Notes under the pieces: generated by a model | Told to the model about the DNA's origin: nothing | Seen by the model: the letters and a program-made list of their open reading frames with translations, nothing else | The model's database searches: none | Assembly (NCBI RefSeq): GCF_045865675.1 | Contig: NZ_BAAFGK010000002.1 | Coordinates: forward strand, 435,989 to 467,988 | Direction of reading: 5' to 3' | Origin: Candidatus Magnetaquiglobus chichijimensis | GTDB taxonomy: Bacteria > Pseudomonadota > Magnetococcia > Magnetococcales > Magnetaquicoccaceae | DNA: 32,000 nt | In this document: positions 8,855 through 17,385 of the stretch, in pieces | Position numbering within the stretch: position 1 is the first letter of the stretch | Layout: each line of letters opens with the position of its first letter | Position numbers and translations under genes: made by a program

Positions 8855-10420
8855 ATGATCCGGTTTGCGGCGGTGAGAGACTCCATTGGCCTGCGTCTGC
8901 TCCTGGTGGCCGGAGTGGCCGGATCCCTGAGCCTGCTCGGCATGGGTGGAATCGCCCTGTATCGCATGCAGGCCGGCATGGTGGAGCAGTCGGATCAGAA
9001 CATCCGGCAATTGACCGAGACCGCGGTACGGGGGATCGAGGCGATCATGCTGGGCGGCAATTCGGATGTGGCCCGCAAGTACGCCGAAAGTCTCAAGGGG
9101 GTCGCCGGGGTGGAACGGTTCCAGGTGCTCCGGCTCGACGGGAAGGAGGCCTTTCGCGACGAGAATGGCGGCACGCCGGGTGAGAACGGTTTCGTGGGCT
9201 TTTCTCAATTCGACGCGGGCAAGGTGGGTCCGGAGATGGGACAGGCCGTGCAGGGCGGTCAGTCGGTCTCCATGGTGAGCCAGGGGGGCGATGGCTTCTC
9301 CAGGGTGAGCTACTGGGTGCCGCTCCTGAACAAACCGGAGTGCCACGCTTGCCACGGGGGGGACCACAAGGTTCGTGGGGTGCTGCATCTGACCCTCTCC
9401 CTCGGGGAGGCCGAGTCCCGCATCCAACGTGTGGGGTGGGAGTTGGCTGGTGCCCTGATCGTGTTTCTGACCCTTTTTCTGTATGCCTTGTGGGAGATCT
9501 TCCGTCGCCAGGTGACCCGTCCCCTGTCGCGCATGAGCGCGGTTCTGGAAGTGATCGCCAGTGGAGATCTGCGCACGCGGCTGGAGGTGGATGCCGAGGC
9601 CCGCGATGAGGTGTCGAGCATCGGACGCCATGTCAACACCATGGCCGACAGCCTGGAGGGGACCATTCTCGCGGTGCGCGGGCAGTCGCGAACCTTGGCC
9701 GAGGGGATAGGCTCGTTTTCGCGGGTGCGCGAGCAGTTGGAAAACGGAACCGGTCAAACCACCTCGGTCTCCGAGGAGGTCGCCCGCTTCATGCGGGTGA
9801 TCATCGGGGGAATCTGGGAGAGCGTCGAGCGTTCCCAGGGGGCCGAGAAGGTGGCCCGTCAGGCGGCGGAACGGGCGGTCGAGGGAGGCAAAACGGTGCG
9901 CGAGGCGATCGCGGCCATGACCGAGGTGGCCGACAAGACCGGGATCATCCAGGAGATCGCCCGGCAGACCAATCTGTTGGCGTTGAACGCCGCCATCGAG
10001 GCGGCCCGCGCCGGTGACGTGGGACGCGGCTTCGCGGTGGTGGCCGGCGAGGTGCGCAAGCTGGCCGAACGCAGCCGCGCCGCCTCCGAGGAGATCGGAC
10101 GGATCACCGGCAGCACCCTGTCGGTGGCGCGCCGGGTCGGGGAGGTGCTGGATCAACTGGTGCCGGCGATCATCCGCACCGCCGAGGAGGTCCAGCGCAT
10201 CGATCAGCTCTCCGGCCATCAGAACGATGGCGCGGCCCACATCTCCGAGGCGGTGAGCCGGCTGGATCAGGTGGTGCGGGACAGTGTGCTCACCTCGGGT
10301 CGGGTGAGCGACATTGCCGGCGAGTTGCTGACCGCCTCCGCGGAGCTGGAACAGGCCATCGCAGTGTTCAAGCTGCAGGCGGATGGGATGGATGAGAGCG
10401 GAGAGGGAATTCCGAGATGA
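8855..10420 (+). CDS. Methyl-accepting chemotaxis protein with a periplasmic CxxCH (putative heme c) sensor region
   Basis: RBS AAGGAGG at 8845..8851, then ATG 8855, giving 521 aa. The order is TM1, a periplasmic region of about 130 aa ending '[12 protein letters not shown]' (CHACH encoded at 9341..9355), TM2, a HAMP-like segment, then the signalling hairpin '[37 protein letters not shown]'. Confidence 0.88.
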   Translation: MIRFAAVRDSIGLRLLLVAGVAGSLSLLGMGGIALYRMQAGMVEQSDQNIRQLTETAVRGIEAIMLGGNSDVARKYAESLKGVAGVERFQVLRLDGKEAFRDENGGTPGENGFVGFSQFDAGKVGPEMGQAVQGGQSVSMVSQGGDGFSRVSYWVPLLNKPECHACHGGDHKVRGVLHLTLSLGEAESRIQRVGWELAGALIVFLTLFLYALWEIFRRQVTRPLSRMSAVLEVIASGDLRTRLEVDAEARDEVSSIGRHVNTMADSLEGTILAVRGQSRTLAEGIGSFSRVREQLENGTGQTTSVSEEVARFMRVIIGGIWESVERSQGAEKVARQAAERAVEGGKTVREAIAAMTEVADKTGIIQEIARQTNLLALNAAIEAARAGDVGRGFAVVAGEVRKLAERSRAASEEIGRITGSTLSVARRVGEVLDQLVPAIIRTAEEVQRIDQLSGHQNDGAAHISEAVSRLDQVVRDSVLTSGRVSDIAGELLTASAELEQAIAVFKLQADGMDESGEGIPR

Positions 10421-10430
10421 TGCGGTGGTT

Positions 10431-10515
10431 GCCGGCCCGCCAAGCCTGATGCCGGAAACGCCCGCCAGGCCTGACGCCGGAAACGCCCGCCAGGCCTGAC
10501 ACGGGGAGTGCCCGC
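10431..10515. repeat. Tandem 25-bp repeat in the convergent MCP intergenic region
   Basis: GCCGGAAACGCCCGCCAGGCCTGAC occurs twice perfectly and back to back (10451..10475 and 10476..10500). It is flanked by degenerate partial copies at 10431..10450 (gccggcccgccaagcctgat) and 10501..10515. Confidence 0.85.
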
Positions 10516-10536
10516 GCTGGTCGTTCGATGAAGGAA

Positions 10537-13344
10537 TCAGGCCGTCTTGCCCTTCTTGACCCGCGCCTCGGAATGGCGCCGATAGGCCATGTCCGACCCC
10601 TGGATGTGTTGGGTCAACCAGGAGCGCAGATACTGCAACACATCGCTGGAGAGGGCGAACGGATCCTCCTCCAGTTTCTTCTGATAGGCGGTCGCCTTTT
10701 CGGCGAACAGGCGATGCTCTTCCTGGTGCATGGCCAGATCCGGGAAGCCGATCTCCTGCATGTGCCGCTCTTCGCGGGCGAAGTGGGTGCGCGTGTAGGT
10801 CAGAAGCTCATCGACGATCTTGGTCAACAGTTTCTGCCCCTGACCCGACTGCACGGCAGCGTACAACTCATTGATGAGGCGGATCAGATTGCGATGGTCC
10901 GCGTCCAACGTCGGTACGTTGACCTCCATCTTGCCGGTCCAGAGGATCAACGGTTGATCCGTGGCAAGCGTGTCGTGGCCGAGATAGAGCTTGTCCAGAT
11001 GCTCGAACAGGGAGCGTTGCAGGGCCCGGAAATAGAGCAGGGCGTCCGTGGCGGCGGACTCCTGATGTTCGCCGAGACGAGCCACGATTTCGGCGCCGGT
11101 GAGATGCATCTGTTGATGGACCTCGCGCAGACGGGTGAAGATCGGATTTCCCTCGTAGACCGGGGTTTTCTCCTTCTCCCAGGAACAGATGATGCACATC
11201 CGGTTGAGTTCGTCCAGGGTCAGGGCGGCGTTGCCGTGCGCGGCCAGCTCGAGTCGTCCCAGGACATTCAGGATGGCCTCCTTCAGCTTGCGCACGTCAA
11301 ACGGTTCGGGTCCGATATCCAGGCTGGACTGGGCGGCGTAGAGGGCATCGGAGATGTTGCTGGCCACGTCGCCCAGGGCATGGAAGTGGTTCACCGTGCC
11401 GTGCAGCCGCGCAACGGCCTTGAGGGAGTCCTGAATCCGGTTGCGCACGGTTTCCGAGGCCCGCTCCGTGGTGACGAACGAGGAGAGCACCTTGTGCACG
11501 AACTGGAGGGCGGCGTCGGACTGCTCGGCCATGCGTCCCGCCGAGCCGGCCACCGTGGAGCTGGTGGCGGCGATTTCGCTTGTGCCGCGCGCGGCCTCGG
11601 CGGCGGATAGAGATACCCGCTCGGCGGCATGATGAAGCGTGTCGGCGTTGAGGGTCACCGTGGCGGTGGCGGCGTTGACCTCGGACATGGCTTCGGAGAT
11701 CCCTCGAACCATCAGGTGCTGCCCATCCACGTCCTCGAGGATCTCGCTGTTCAACGAGCTGATCTGCTCGACGATTACCGTGATCTCCTTGACCCGTTCC
11801 ACCACGTTGGCCGTGCCGGACTGGATCTCCTCGATCTTGAGCGAGATCTGCTGGGTGGCCCGACCGGTTTGCAGGGCCAGGGCCTTCACCTCGTTGGCCA
11901 CCACGGCAAACCCCTTGCCTGCCTCCCCGGCGCCGGCGGCCTCGATGGCGGCGTTCAAGGCGAGCATGTTGGTCTGTTCGGCGATCGCCTGGATGATCCC
12001 GACCACGGTGCCGATCTCGTTGGCGGAGTTGGAGAGTTCATCCACGGCGGAAAAGGTTTGCTGGGCATGCTCATGGGCGGTGCGGGAGGATTCGTTGGCG
12101 ATCTCGCAGCGTTGTCCGACCGTGGCCAACGAGTGGGTCATCTCCGCGATGGAGCGCGCCACCCGTGCCACCGAATGGCTCACCTGATCGAGGCTGTTGT
12201 TCACCTCGTCGAGGTTGGCGGTCATCTCTTCGGCGGCTTCGGCCATGGTGGTGACATTTCGGCTGGCATCATCCGCGTTCCGGGCGGTGACGCGGATGTC
12301 GTCGGCCACTTTTCCGGCGGCCTCGGCCATGGCGGTGATGTTTTCCAGCGACTGATTCAGCAGTTGCGTCATGTGGTGGATTTCGGAGGCCAGACGATCG
12401 TTCTCCTCAGAGACCTCTCCGGAGAGCTGCCGGATCCCGGAGGTGTCGGCGCCGATGGCGGAACGGAGTTTCAAGACCTCACGGATGAAGGCGGTGATGC
12501 CACCGGTCTGGAGGTTGATCATGCGGATGGTATCGACCAGCTTCCCCTTGAGCTGGTTGACGTGATGGGCGATGGCGGCGATTTCGTCGCGGCCCGAGGC
12601 ATCGATGCGGTTGATCAGATTGCCGCCGGCCACCTCCTCGATGGCGGTGCTAACGTTCTGCAACGGGGTGCGCAGCGAGCGGGCCAGATACCAGCCGAGA
12701 AACGCCAGAAACAGTCCCACCGCGACGATGGTGCCGAGGATGGCCTGATTGCGCGCCGCCGAGATCTCCCGATCCATCTCCGCCAGGGAGACGGTGAGTT
12801 GAAACACGCCGCGCACTTCGTGATCAGACCCGTGACAGGCGTGACAGGGTTCGGCGTTGAGGAGCGGCATCATCAGGGTGCGTTGTTCGCCTTCCGGGAC
12901 GGATTCGGTGAAGGATGCCGGTTTTTTATCGTGGATGGCCTGCTTGAAGGCGGATAGAATCGCGCCGTCGGCCTCGTAGGCGGCCTCTCCTTCGGGACGG
13001 AAGGCTTCGCGGCCATGCCGGTTGAGAATGCGAAAGACCAGCAACCCCGGCACCTTGCGCAGGTTGTCCGAGTAGTTGCGGGCGATGTCGGCATAACCGG
13101 CCAGCATGATGGTTTGCAGACCTTGGCCGGCGTGTTCGGCCAGGGTGAGAATGGTATTTTCGTATTGTCTGAAAAGGTTTTTCTCCATGTCGCGGATCAT
13201 CAGCGCCCCGAGGGAGGCCAGGGCCAGGGTGCCGATGATGCTGACCACCGCGAGGATGCGAAAACTGATGGAGTGCAAGGCCAGGCGCTGGACCATGCGG
13301 TGCCATTTGAGCGAGAATCCGGAGGGGGTCGTGCTGGAATTCAT
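10537..13344 (-). CDS. Methyl-accepting chemotaxis protein with a periplasmic CxxCH sensor region, a C-terminal CZB-like segment and a hemerythrin domain
   Basis: 935 aa.
- Sensor and signalling: TM1, a periplasmic region ending '[12 protein letters not shown]' (CHACH encoded at 12832..12846), TM2, HAMP, and the MCP hairpin '[37 protein letters not shown]'.
- CZB-like: 'CIICSW' followed 20 aa later by 'HQQMH', matching the CxLGxW...HxxxH pattern.
- Hemerythrin: the C-terminal 130 aa carry the hemerythrin ligand pattern ('DADHRNL', '[10 protein letters not shown]', 'MHQEEHRLF', 'TQHIQGSD'). Confidence 0.88.
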   Translation of the reverse strand: MNSSTTPSGFSLKWHRMVQRLALHSISFRILAVVSIIGTLALASLGALMIRDMEKNLFRQYENTILTLAEHAGQGLQTIMLAGYADIARNYSDNLRKVPGLLVFRILNRHGREAFRPEGEAAYEADGAILSAFKQAIHDKKPASFTESVPEGEQRTLMMPLLNAEPCHACHGSDHEVRGVFQLTVSLAEMDREISAARNQAILGTIVAVGLFLAFLGWYLARSLRTPLQNVSTAIEEVAGGNLINRIDASGRDEIAAIAHHVNQLKGKLVDTIRMINLQTGGITAFIREVLKLRSAIGADTSGIRQLSGEVSEENDRLASEIHHMTQLLNQSLENITAMAEAAGKVADDIRVTARNADDASRNVTTMAEAAEEMTANLDEVNNSLDQVSHSVARVARSIAEMTHSLATVGQRCEIANESSRTAHEHAQQTFSAVDELSNSANEIGTVVGIIQAIAEQTNMLALNAAIEAAGAGEAGKGFAVVANEVKALALQTGRATQQISLKIEEIQSGTANVVERVKEITVIVEQISSLNSEILEDVDGQHLMVRGISEAMSEVNAATATVTLNADTLHHAAERVSLSAAEAARGTSEIAATSSTVAGSAGRMAEQSDAALQFVHKVLSSFVTTERASETVRNRIQDSLKAVARLHGTVNHFHALGDVASNISDALYAAQSSLDIGPEPFDVRKLKEAILNVLGRLELAAHGNAALTLDELNRMCIICSWEKEKTPVYEGNPIFTRLREVHQQMHLTGAEIVARLGEHQESAATDALLYFRALQRSLFEHLDKLYLGHDTLATDQPLILWTGKMEVNVPTLDADHRNLIRLINELYAAVQSGQGQKLLTKIVDELLTYTRTHFAREERHMQEIGFPDLAMHQEEHRLFAEKATAYQKKLEEDPFALSSDVLQYLRSWLTQHIQGSDMAYRRHSEARVKKGKTA

Positions 13345-13579
13345 GTTGGATGAGAACCATCCCGATGTTATAAGTTTGTTTGATGCCAGTATTGATTTTA
13401 ATCAATAATGAGCATAACCCAATTCTGGATTTCCGGCAAGTGGAATTTGCAAATTTTACAACGGCTCGGATGAAAAAAAAGGGTGTTCCAATCATGATTT
13501 GTCATCAAATAATCGACATGCTGACCGGCTGGCGTGAGGGTTCGACGGGCATCTGCGCGGCATTTGTCGGGTTTTTGCG

Positions 13580-15070
13580 ATGAGGTCCGGATCGATGGCG
13601 TTCATTCCCCTGCATTATCGCGATCGCCTGACGATCATCAATCCTTGCGGGGATGTCGGGATCGTCACCCTGTGGTCGCCGGTGCGGGTGGTGCGCGATC
13701 ATCTGGCGCGTCTGGCGGTGGATCTGGAGGGGGAGTCTGCGCGGATCGCGGTGATGGGTACGCTGTATGGCGAGGGGTTGCCGGAGTTGCTGCGCAATCT
13801 GCTTCACAACCCCCAGATCCGTTTTCTCGCCATGCTGGGGGTGGATCTGGGAGGGTCTCGGGAGAGTCTGACGGGATTCTTTCAACGCGGACTGGAGGAG
13901 ACTCTGCTGTTGGGCCGGGTGGTCCACCGAATCGTTGGCACCAACCACAAACTCGACGATGGGGTGACCCCCGAGGATTTTCTGGGTCGGTTGCGTCTGG
14001 TGGATTTGGGCAAGCCGGGCGAGGTGGGCAGCGATGGAGCCGTTCGGGATTTCTTCGCCTCTCTTCCTCCCGTGGAGCCGGTGAGCCTGCCGCGTCGCGA
14101 GGTGGCGATGCCGACCTTCGAGGTGACGCGCTTTCCCTCGGATCCGCGTGGTCATCAGATTCTGGCGAACACCCCTCTGGCGGCCTGGAAGGAGGTGATT
14201 CACCGTCTCTATCGTTTTGGTCATCGGGTGACCCTGCCTGGCAAGGGTGATCGGTTGGAATTGCAGAATTTCAAGGTGGTCATTCGTGAGCCGGTTTTTG
14301 AATCGGATGCGGTGTTGCGTGAACATGGTTTTGATCCCGAGGCGTTTATGCGTTACCGGGCGGCGATTCTGGATCCGCGTCTGCCTCCGGACCAGCACTA
14401 TGGATATGGAAACCGGTTACGGGGTTATTTTGGCATCGAGGAGCGCGATACCCTGGCCAGGGTTGGGGAGATGTTGCGTCGGGATCCGGACACGCGGCAT
14501 GCCTTTGTCGCGTTGTGGGACACGGGGCGGGATTTGATGTCCGAGGCGTTGGGTCATCCGTGTCTGGTATCGTTGTTCGTGCGTCGTTTCGAGGGGGTGT
14601 TGACCTTGACGGCGCAGTTTCGCACCCACAATGCCTTGCAGGCGTGGTTGATGAATGTGCATGGGTTGATGGCGATTCAGGAATTTCTGGGTGTGGAGAG
14701 TGGTTTGCAGCCGGGTGCGTTGACGGTGATCAGCCATTCGATCAGCATCGATCCGGGCGGGGGCGGTTTGGAGCGTGCGCGGGCGGTGCATGATTTTCGC
14801 AATCGGGAGCGGGATGAAGGGGATGGGTTCAGTCAGGATCCGCATGGGGATTTTGTGATTTCGGTGGATCCCGAGAGGGGTGAGATTGTGGTTGAGCATC
14901 GTTTCGAGGGGCAGAGGTTGCATCGATATACCGGCACGACAGCCGAGGTGTTGGAGCGGCAATTGGTGCGTGATTGTGCGTTGTCGGAGATTGGTCATGC
15001 GTTGTATTTGGGGCGGGAACTCGGGCGGGCCGAGGCGAGTCTGAAGAAGGGGAGGCGTGCCAACGGGTGA
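13580..15070 (+). CDS. Three-module protein: MtrA-like N-terminal domain, thymidylate-synthase-fold domain and a DUF4346-like C-terminal domain
   Basis: 496 aa.
- N-terminus: 'GDVGIVTLWSP...NLLHNPQIRFLAMLG' resembles methyltransferase subunit MtrA-like domains ('NPNIRFL').
- Middle: 'YGYGNRLRGYF...LRRDPDTRHAFVALWD...GHPCLVSLFVRRFEGVLTLTAQFRTHN' follows the ThyA pattern (YGxQWR...NPxSRR...PCHxxxQFxV...QRSxD), with Cys328 encoded at 14561..14563.
- C-terminus: 'GDFVISVDPERGEIVVEH...GHALYLGRELGRAEASLKKG' resembles DUF4346. Confidence 0.7.
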   Translation: MRSGSMAFIPLHYRDRLTIINPCGDVGIVTLWSPVRVVRDHLARLAVDLEGESARIAVMGTLYGEGLPELLRNLLHNPQIRFLAMLGVDLGGSRESLTGFFQRGLEETLLLGRVVHRIVGTNHKLDDGVTPEDFLGRLRLVDLGKPGEVGSDGAVRDFFASLPPVEPVSLPRREVAMPTFEVTRFPSDPRGHQILANTPLAAWKEVIHRLYRFGHRVTLPGKGDRLELQNFKVVIREPVFESDAVLREHGFDPEAFMRYRAAILDPRLPPDQHYGYGNRLRGYFGIEERDTLARVGEMLRRDPDTRHAFVALWDTGRDLMSEALGHPCLVSLFVRRFEGVLTLTAQFRTHNALQAWLMNVHGLMAIQEFLGVESGLQPGALTVISHSISIDPGGGGLERARAVHDFRNRERDEGDGFSQDPHGDFVISVDPERGEIVVEHRFEGQRLHRYTGTTAEVLERQLVRDCALSEIGHALYLGRELGRAEASLKKGRRANG

Positions 15071-15133
15071 TGGGGGACAAACAGGCTCCAACTGTCACAG
15101 GGGACGGGGGACCGAAGGTCCCCGGCGGAGGTT

Positions 15134-15170
15134 CGGAGGCAGCGCCTCCGAGGTTCTGCTTTTGAATTTT
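15134..15170 (+). terminator. Candidate intrinsic terminator after the TS-like gene
   Basis: The stem is CGGAGGC (15134..15140) pairing with GCCTCCG (15144..15150) around a 3-nt loop. A T-rich tract follows within 7 nt (ctgcttttgaatttt, 15157..15170). Confidence 0.45.
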
Positions 15171-15273
15171 CGTCTTTTCTTTCTTCTCTATTTTAATTTT
15201 AATTTTAATTTTTTTCATTAAAATTTAAAATTAATAGAAACAAAAAAAATAAAAAAAATGTAAACCACTAAAG
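15161..15273. other. Nearly pure A/T tract with internal TTTTAA repeats and an imperfect palindrome
   Basis: About 110 bp of almost exclusively A/T in an otherwise >60% G+C context. ttttaa occurs 3 times in tandem at 15191..15208. 'ttaattttaattttaat' is opposed by 'ttaaaatttaaaattaa' (15218..15234), and A8 runs occur at 15242..15258. Confidence 0.8.
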
Positions 15274-15356
15274 ATTGGCAACGAACCCCACCAGAGGGCC
15301 CTGGCCCCTGGACCCCGTGAACTTTTGGGTCATGAATCGTCACTGGATCGCGCCGG

Positions 15357-16370
15357 ATGTCCAACTCCCGAATGACCGCCGACTTCTCCTCTCCCGCCGT
15401 GCGCCGGGCACGCATCCTGCTGCTCGCCATTCTCCCCCTGATCGCACTCCTGATCTATCTGGACGGTCAACGCTACGACTCCGGCCTGCTCGATTTCAAG
15501 AAGGCCGGAGCGCGCCTCTCCCCGTTGATGGGACTTTTTCCGGATCAATCGGCGGGCCTGGCGCGTCAGGGCGAGTTTCAGCGTTTTTTGAAAGAGAATC
15601 TCCACGAATACGTCAACGGCCATGCCGAGTACTACCTTTCGGCAGGGTTCAAGGAGCTTCTGGTTGGTGAATACGGCGATGCGGGGGCTGCGGACAAACC
15701 CCGCGTGGTGGTGGACCTGTTCGACATGGGCAAGCCGCTCTTCGCCTTCGGGGTGCTCACCGGCGAGGGGAACAACGATGGCCCGGAGGCCGGCATCGGG
15801 GAGATGGGATTCCGCGATCCCCGTGGCCTGCGCTTCATCATGGGCCCCTATTACGTGAAGATGACCGCCTTTGATGATGCCGTCCCCCTGGAGGAGATCG
15901 GCAAAAGCCTGGTCGCGGCAGCCGGAAAATCGCCGGGTGCCATGATGACCGGATTCCGCTTTCCTGAGTTCGGGACAGCGGGTGCCACCCGTTTCATCAA
16001 GGAGAAGTATCGGGGTCTGGATTTTTTTAATCAGGTAGTCGAACGGAGTTTCGTCTGGCAGGGGGCAGGGGTGCAGGCGTTCCAGGCCGGAGGATCCAAG
16101 GTCGAGAGCCGGGAGATCGAGGAACGTTTGACGGCCTTTCTGCAATCCGAGGAGATCCCGGTCGAAACGGTCGAAAAGGGTGGGTTGACGGTCCATCGGG
16201 TACGCGACCCGTATGAAGGGGAGTGGTTCTTTCTGCGTGCCGGCGAACGCCTCATCGGAGCCTTCGGTCTTCCGCTCGAAGATGCCTGGAGCCCGTTGCA
16301 GAGGTTCGTCGGGTCACAACCGGGCGGGGAATCGCCGCCCGTGGAACCGGTGCGGGGAGGCGTGCAATAA
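15357..16370 (+). CDS. Hypothetical exported or membrane-anchored protein (first gene of a three-gene redox-like operon)
   Basis: 337 aa. It has an N-terminal positively charged segment plus a hydrophobic helix ('RRARILLLAILPLIALLIYL'), and the remainder is soluble-looking. Its stop TAA at 16368..16370 is 1 nt from the next ATG. I saw no catalytic motif. Confidence 0.65.
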   Translation: MSNSRMTADFSSPAVRRARILLLAILPLIALLIYLDGQRYDSGLLDFKKAGARLSPLMGLFPDQSAGLARQGEFQRFLKENLHEYVNGHAEYYLSAGFKELLVGEYGDAGAADKPRVVVDLFDMGKPLFAFGVLTGEGNNDGPEAGIGEMGFRDPRGLRFIMGPYYVKMTAFDDAVPLEEIGKSLVAAAGKSPGAMMTGFRFPEFGTAGATRFIKEKYRGLDFFNQVVERSFVWQGAGVQAFQAGGSKVESREIEERLTAFLQSEEIPVETVEKGGLTVHRVRDPYEGEWFFLRAGERLIGAFGLPLEDAWSPLQRFVGSQPGGESPPVEPVRGGVQ

Positions 16371-16371
16371 C

Positions 16372-17385
16372 ATGGCCGAGCGAAAACGGGGATCCGAGAT
16401 CATCGAGAAGATCGAGCCGCCCATGGACAGGCGGGCTTTTCTGCGCCGGGTGGCCGGGCTTTCCGGGGTGGCGGTGGGGCTCGCCTCGGGCGGCTATCTG
16501 GCCTTCAGCGATCGCCCGGTGCGCGAACCGGAGGTGAAACCGCTGCGGTTCAAGGATTTTCGCGTCCCGCCCGATGCGCTCCATCCGGTGATGGCGGTGG
16601 CGCGCGGTCAGCGGGTCGAGGCCATGGCACGGGCCGCCATCGATAAACTGGGTGGCGTAAACCGGTTTATCCAGAAAGGGGATCGGGTGCTCCTGAAACC
16701 CAATGTCGGCTGGGATCGCCAGCCGGAACAGGCGGCCAACACCGGTCCGGAGTTGGTCGAGGCGATGGTGCGTATCTGCCGGGAGGCCGGGGCCAAATCG
16801 GTGTGGGTGACCGATGTCTCTCTCAACGATCCCAAACGCTGTTTCGCCCGCTCCGGCATCGAGGCGGCCACGCTCAACGCCGGCGGCAACGTGCGCCTGC
16901 CGGGCCGGGAGGATTTTCTGGCCACGGACATGGGTGGCAAGGTGTTGAAGGTGTGGCCGGTGGCGCGCTTTTTCCACGAAGTGGACAAGGTGATCAACCT
17001 GCCGATCGTCAAGCACCACTCCCTTTCCGGCTGCACCCTGGCGATGAAGAACTGGTATGGGGTGATCGGCGGACAACGCAACCGGCTCCATCAGGCGATC
17101 CATGACTCCATCGTCGATCTGGCCGCCGCCGTGCGACCGACCCTCACGGTGATGGACGCCACCCGCGTGCTCAAACGCAACGGTCCCACCGGAGGCAATC
17201 CGGCGGACGTGGTGCGCGAGGAGACCCTGATCGCGTCGTTGGACGAGGTGGCGCTCGACAGTTTCTGCCTCGGTTTTCTGGATTTGACCCCCGAGGCCGT
17301 ACCCTTCCTGGCCATGGCCCAGGCGCGGGGACTCGGGCAGGTGTCCTGGCGCGAACTGAACGTCGCGCAGTTTCAGGTGGGGTGA
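16372..17385 (+). CDS. DUF362-like protein with a twin-arginine (Tat) signal
   Basis: Start taken at ATG 16372, giving 337 aa. 'MDRRAFLRRVAGLSGVAVGLASGG' fits the Tat consensus (S/T-RRxFLK). 'GDRVLLKPNVGWDR...GPELVEAMVRICREAGAKSVWVTD' resembles the DUF362 family core. Confidence 0.7.
   Translation: MAERKRGSEIIEKIEPPMDRRAFLRRVAGLSGVAVGLASGGYLAFSDRPVREPEVKPLRFKDFRVPPDALHPVMAVARGQRVEAMARAAIDKLGGVNRFIQKGDRVLLKPNVGWDRQPEQAANTGPELVEAMVRICREAGAKSVWVTDVSLNDPKRCFARSGIEAATLNAGGNVRLPGREDFLATDMGGKVLKVWPVARFFHEVDKVINLPIVKHHSLSGCTLAMKNWYGVIGGQRNRLHQAIHDSIVDLAAAVRPTLTVMDATRVLKRNGPTGGNPADVVREETLIASLDEVALDSFCLGFLDLTPEAVPFLAMAQARGLGQVSWRELNVAQFQVG

Noticed and set aside
10431-10515. Tandem 25-bp repeats considered as a mini CRISPR array
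   Set aside because: The units are directly adjacent with no spacers, only two are intact, and no cas genes are nearby. This is a simple tandem repeat.
8807-12957. Long ORFs antisense to the two chemoreceptor genes (8807..10240 minus, 10528..11610 plus, 11629..12957 plus)
   Set aside because: The opposite strands encode complete MCPs with TM helices, HAMP and the canonical signalling hairpin. MCP coiled-coil genes are known to give long open antisense frames. The translations here are Gly/His/Asp/Leu-rich without motifs.
13389-13410. Possible Fur box at the ATTGATTTTAATCAAT palindrome
   Set aside because: Aligned to GATAATGATAATCATTATC, it matches only about 9 of 13 core positions, and the hexamer phasing is wrong. 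It is kept only as a generic palindromic operator candidate.
13434-13451. Possible sigma-54 promoter (cGGCAAgtggaatTTGCA) upstream of the TS-like gene
   Set aside because: The GG and GC dinucleotides are separated by 12 nt instead of the strictly conserved 10 nt, so it does not fit the -24/-12 geometry.
13505-15091. Minus-strand ORFs 13505..14398 (297 aa) and 14417..15091 (224 aa)
   Set aside because: They are antisense to the TS-like fusion gene. The translations are Arg/Gln/His/Pro-rich low-complexity strings, whereas the plus-strand frame shows ordered ThyA-type motifs.
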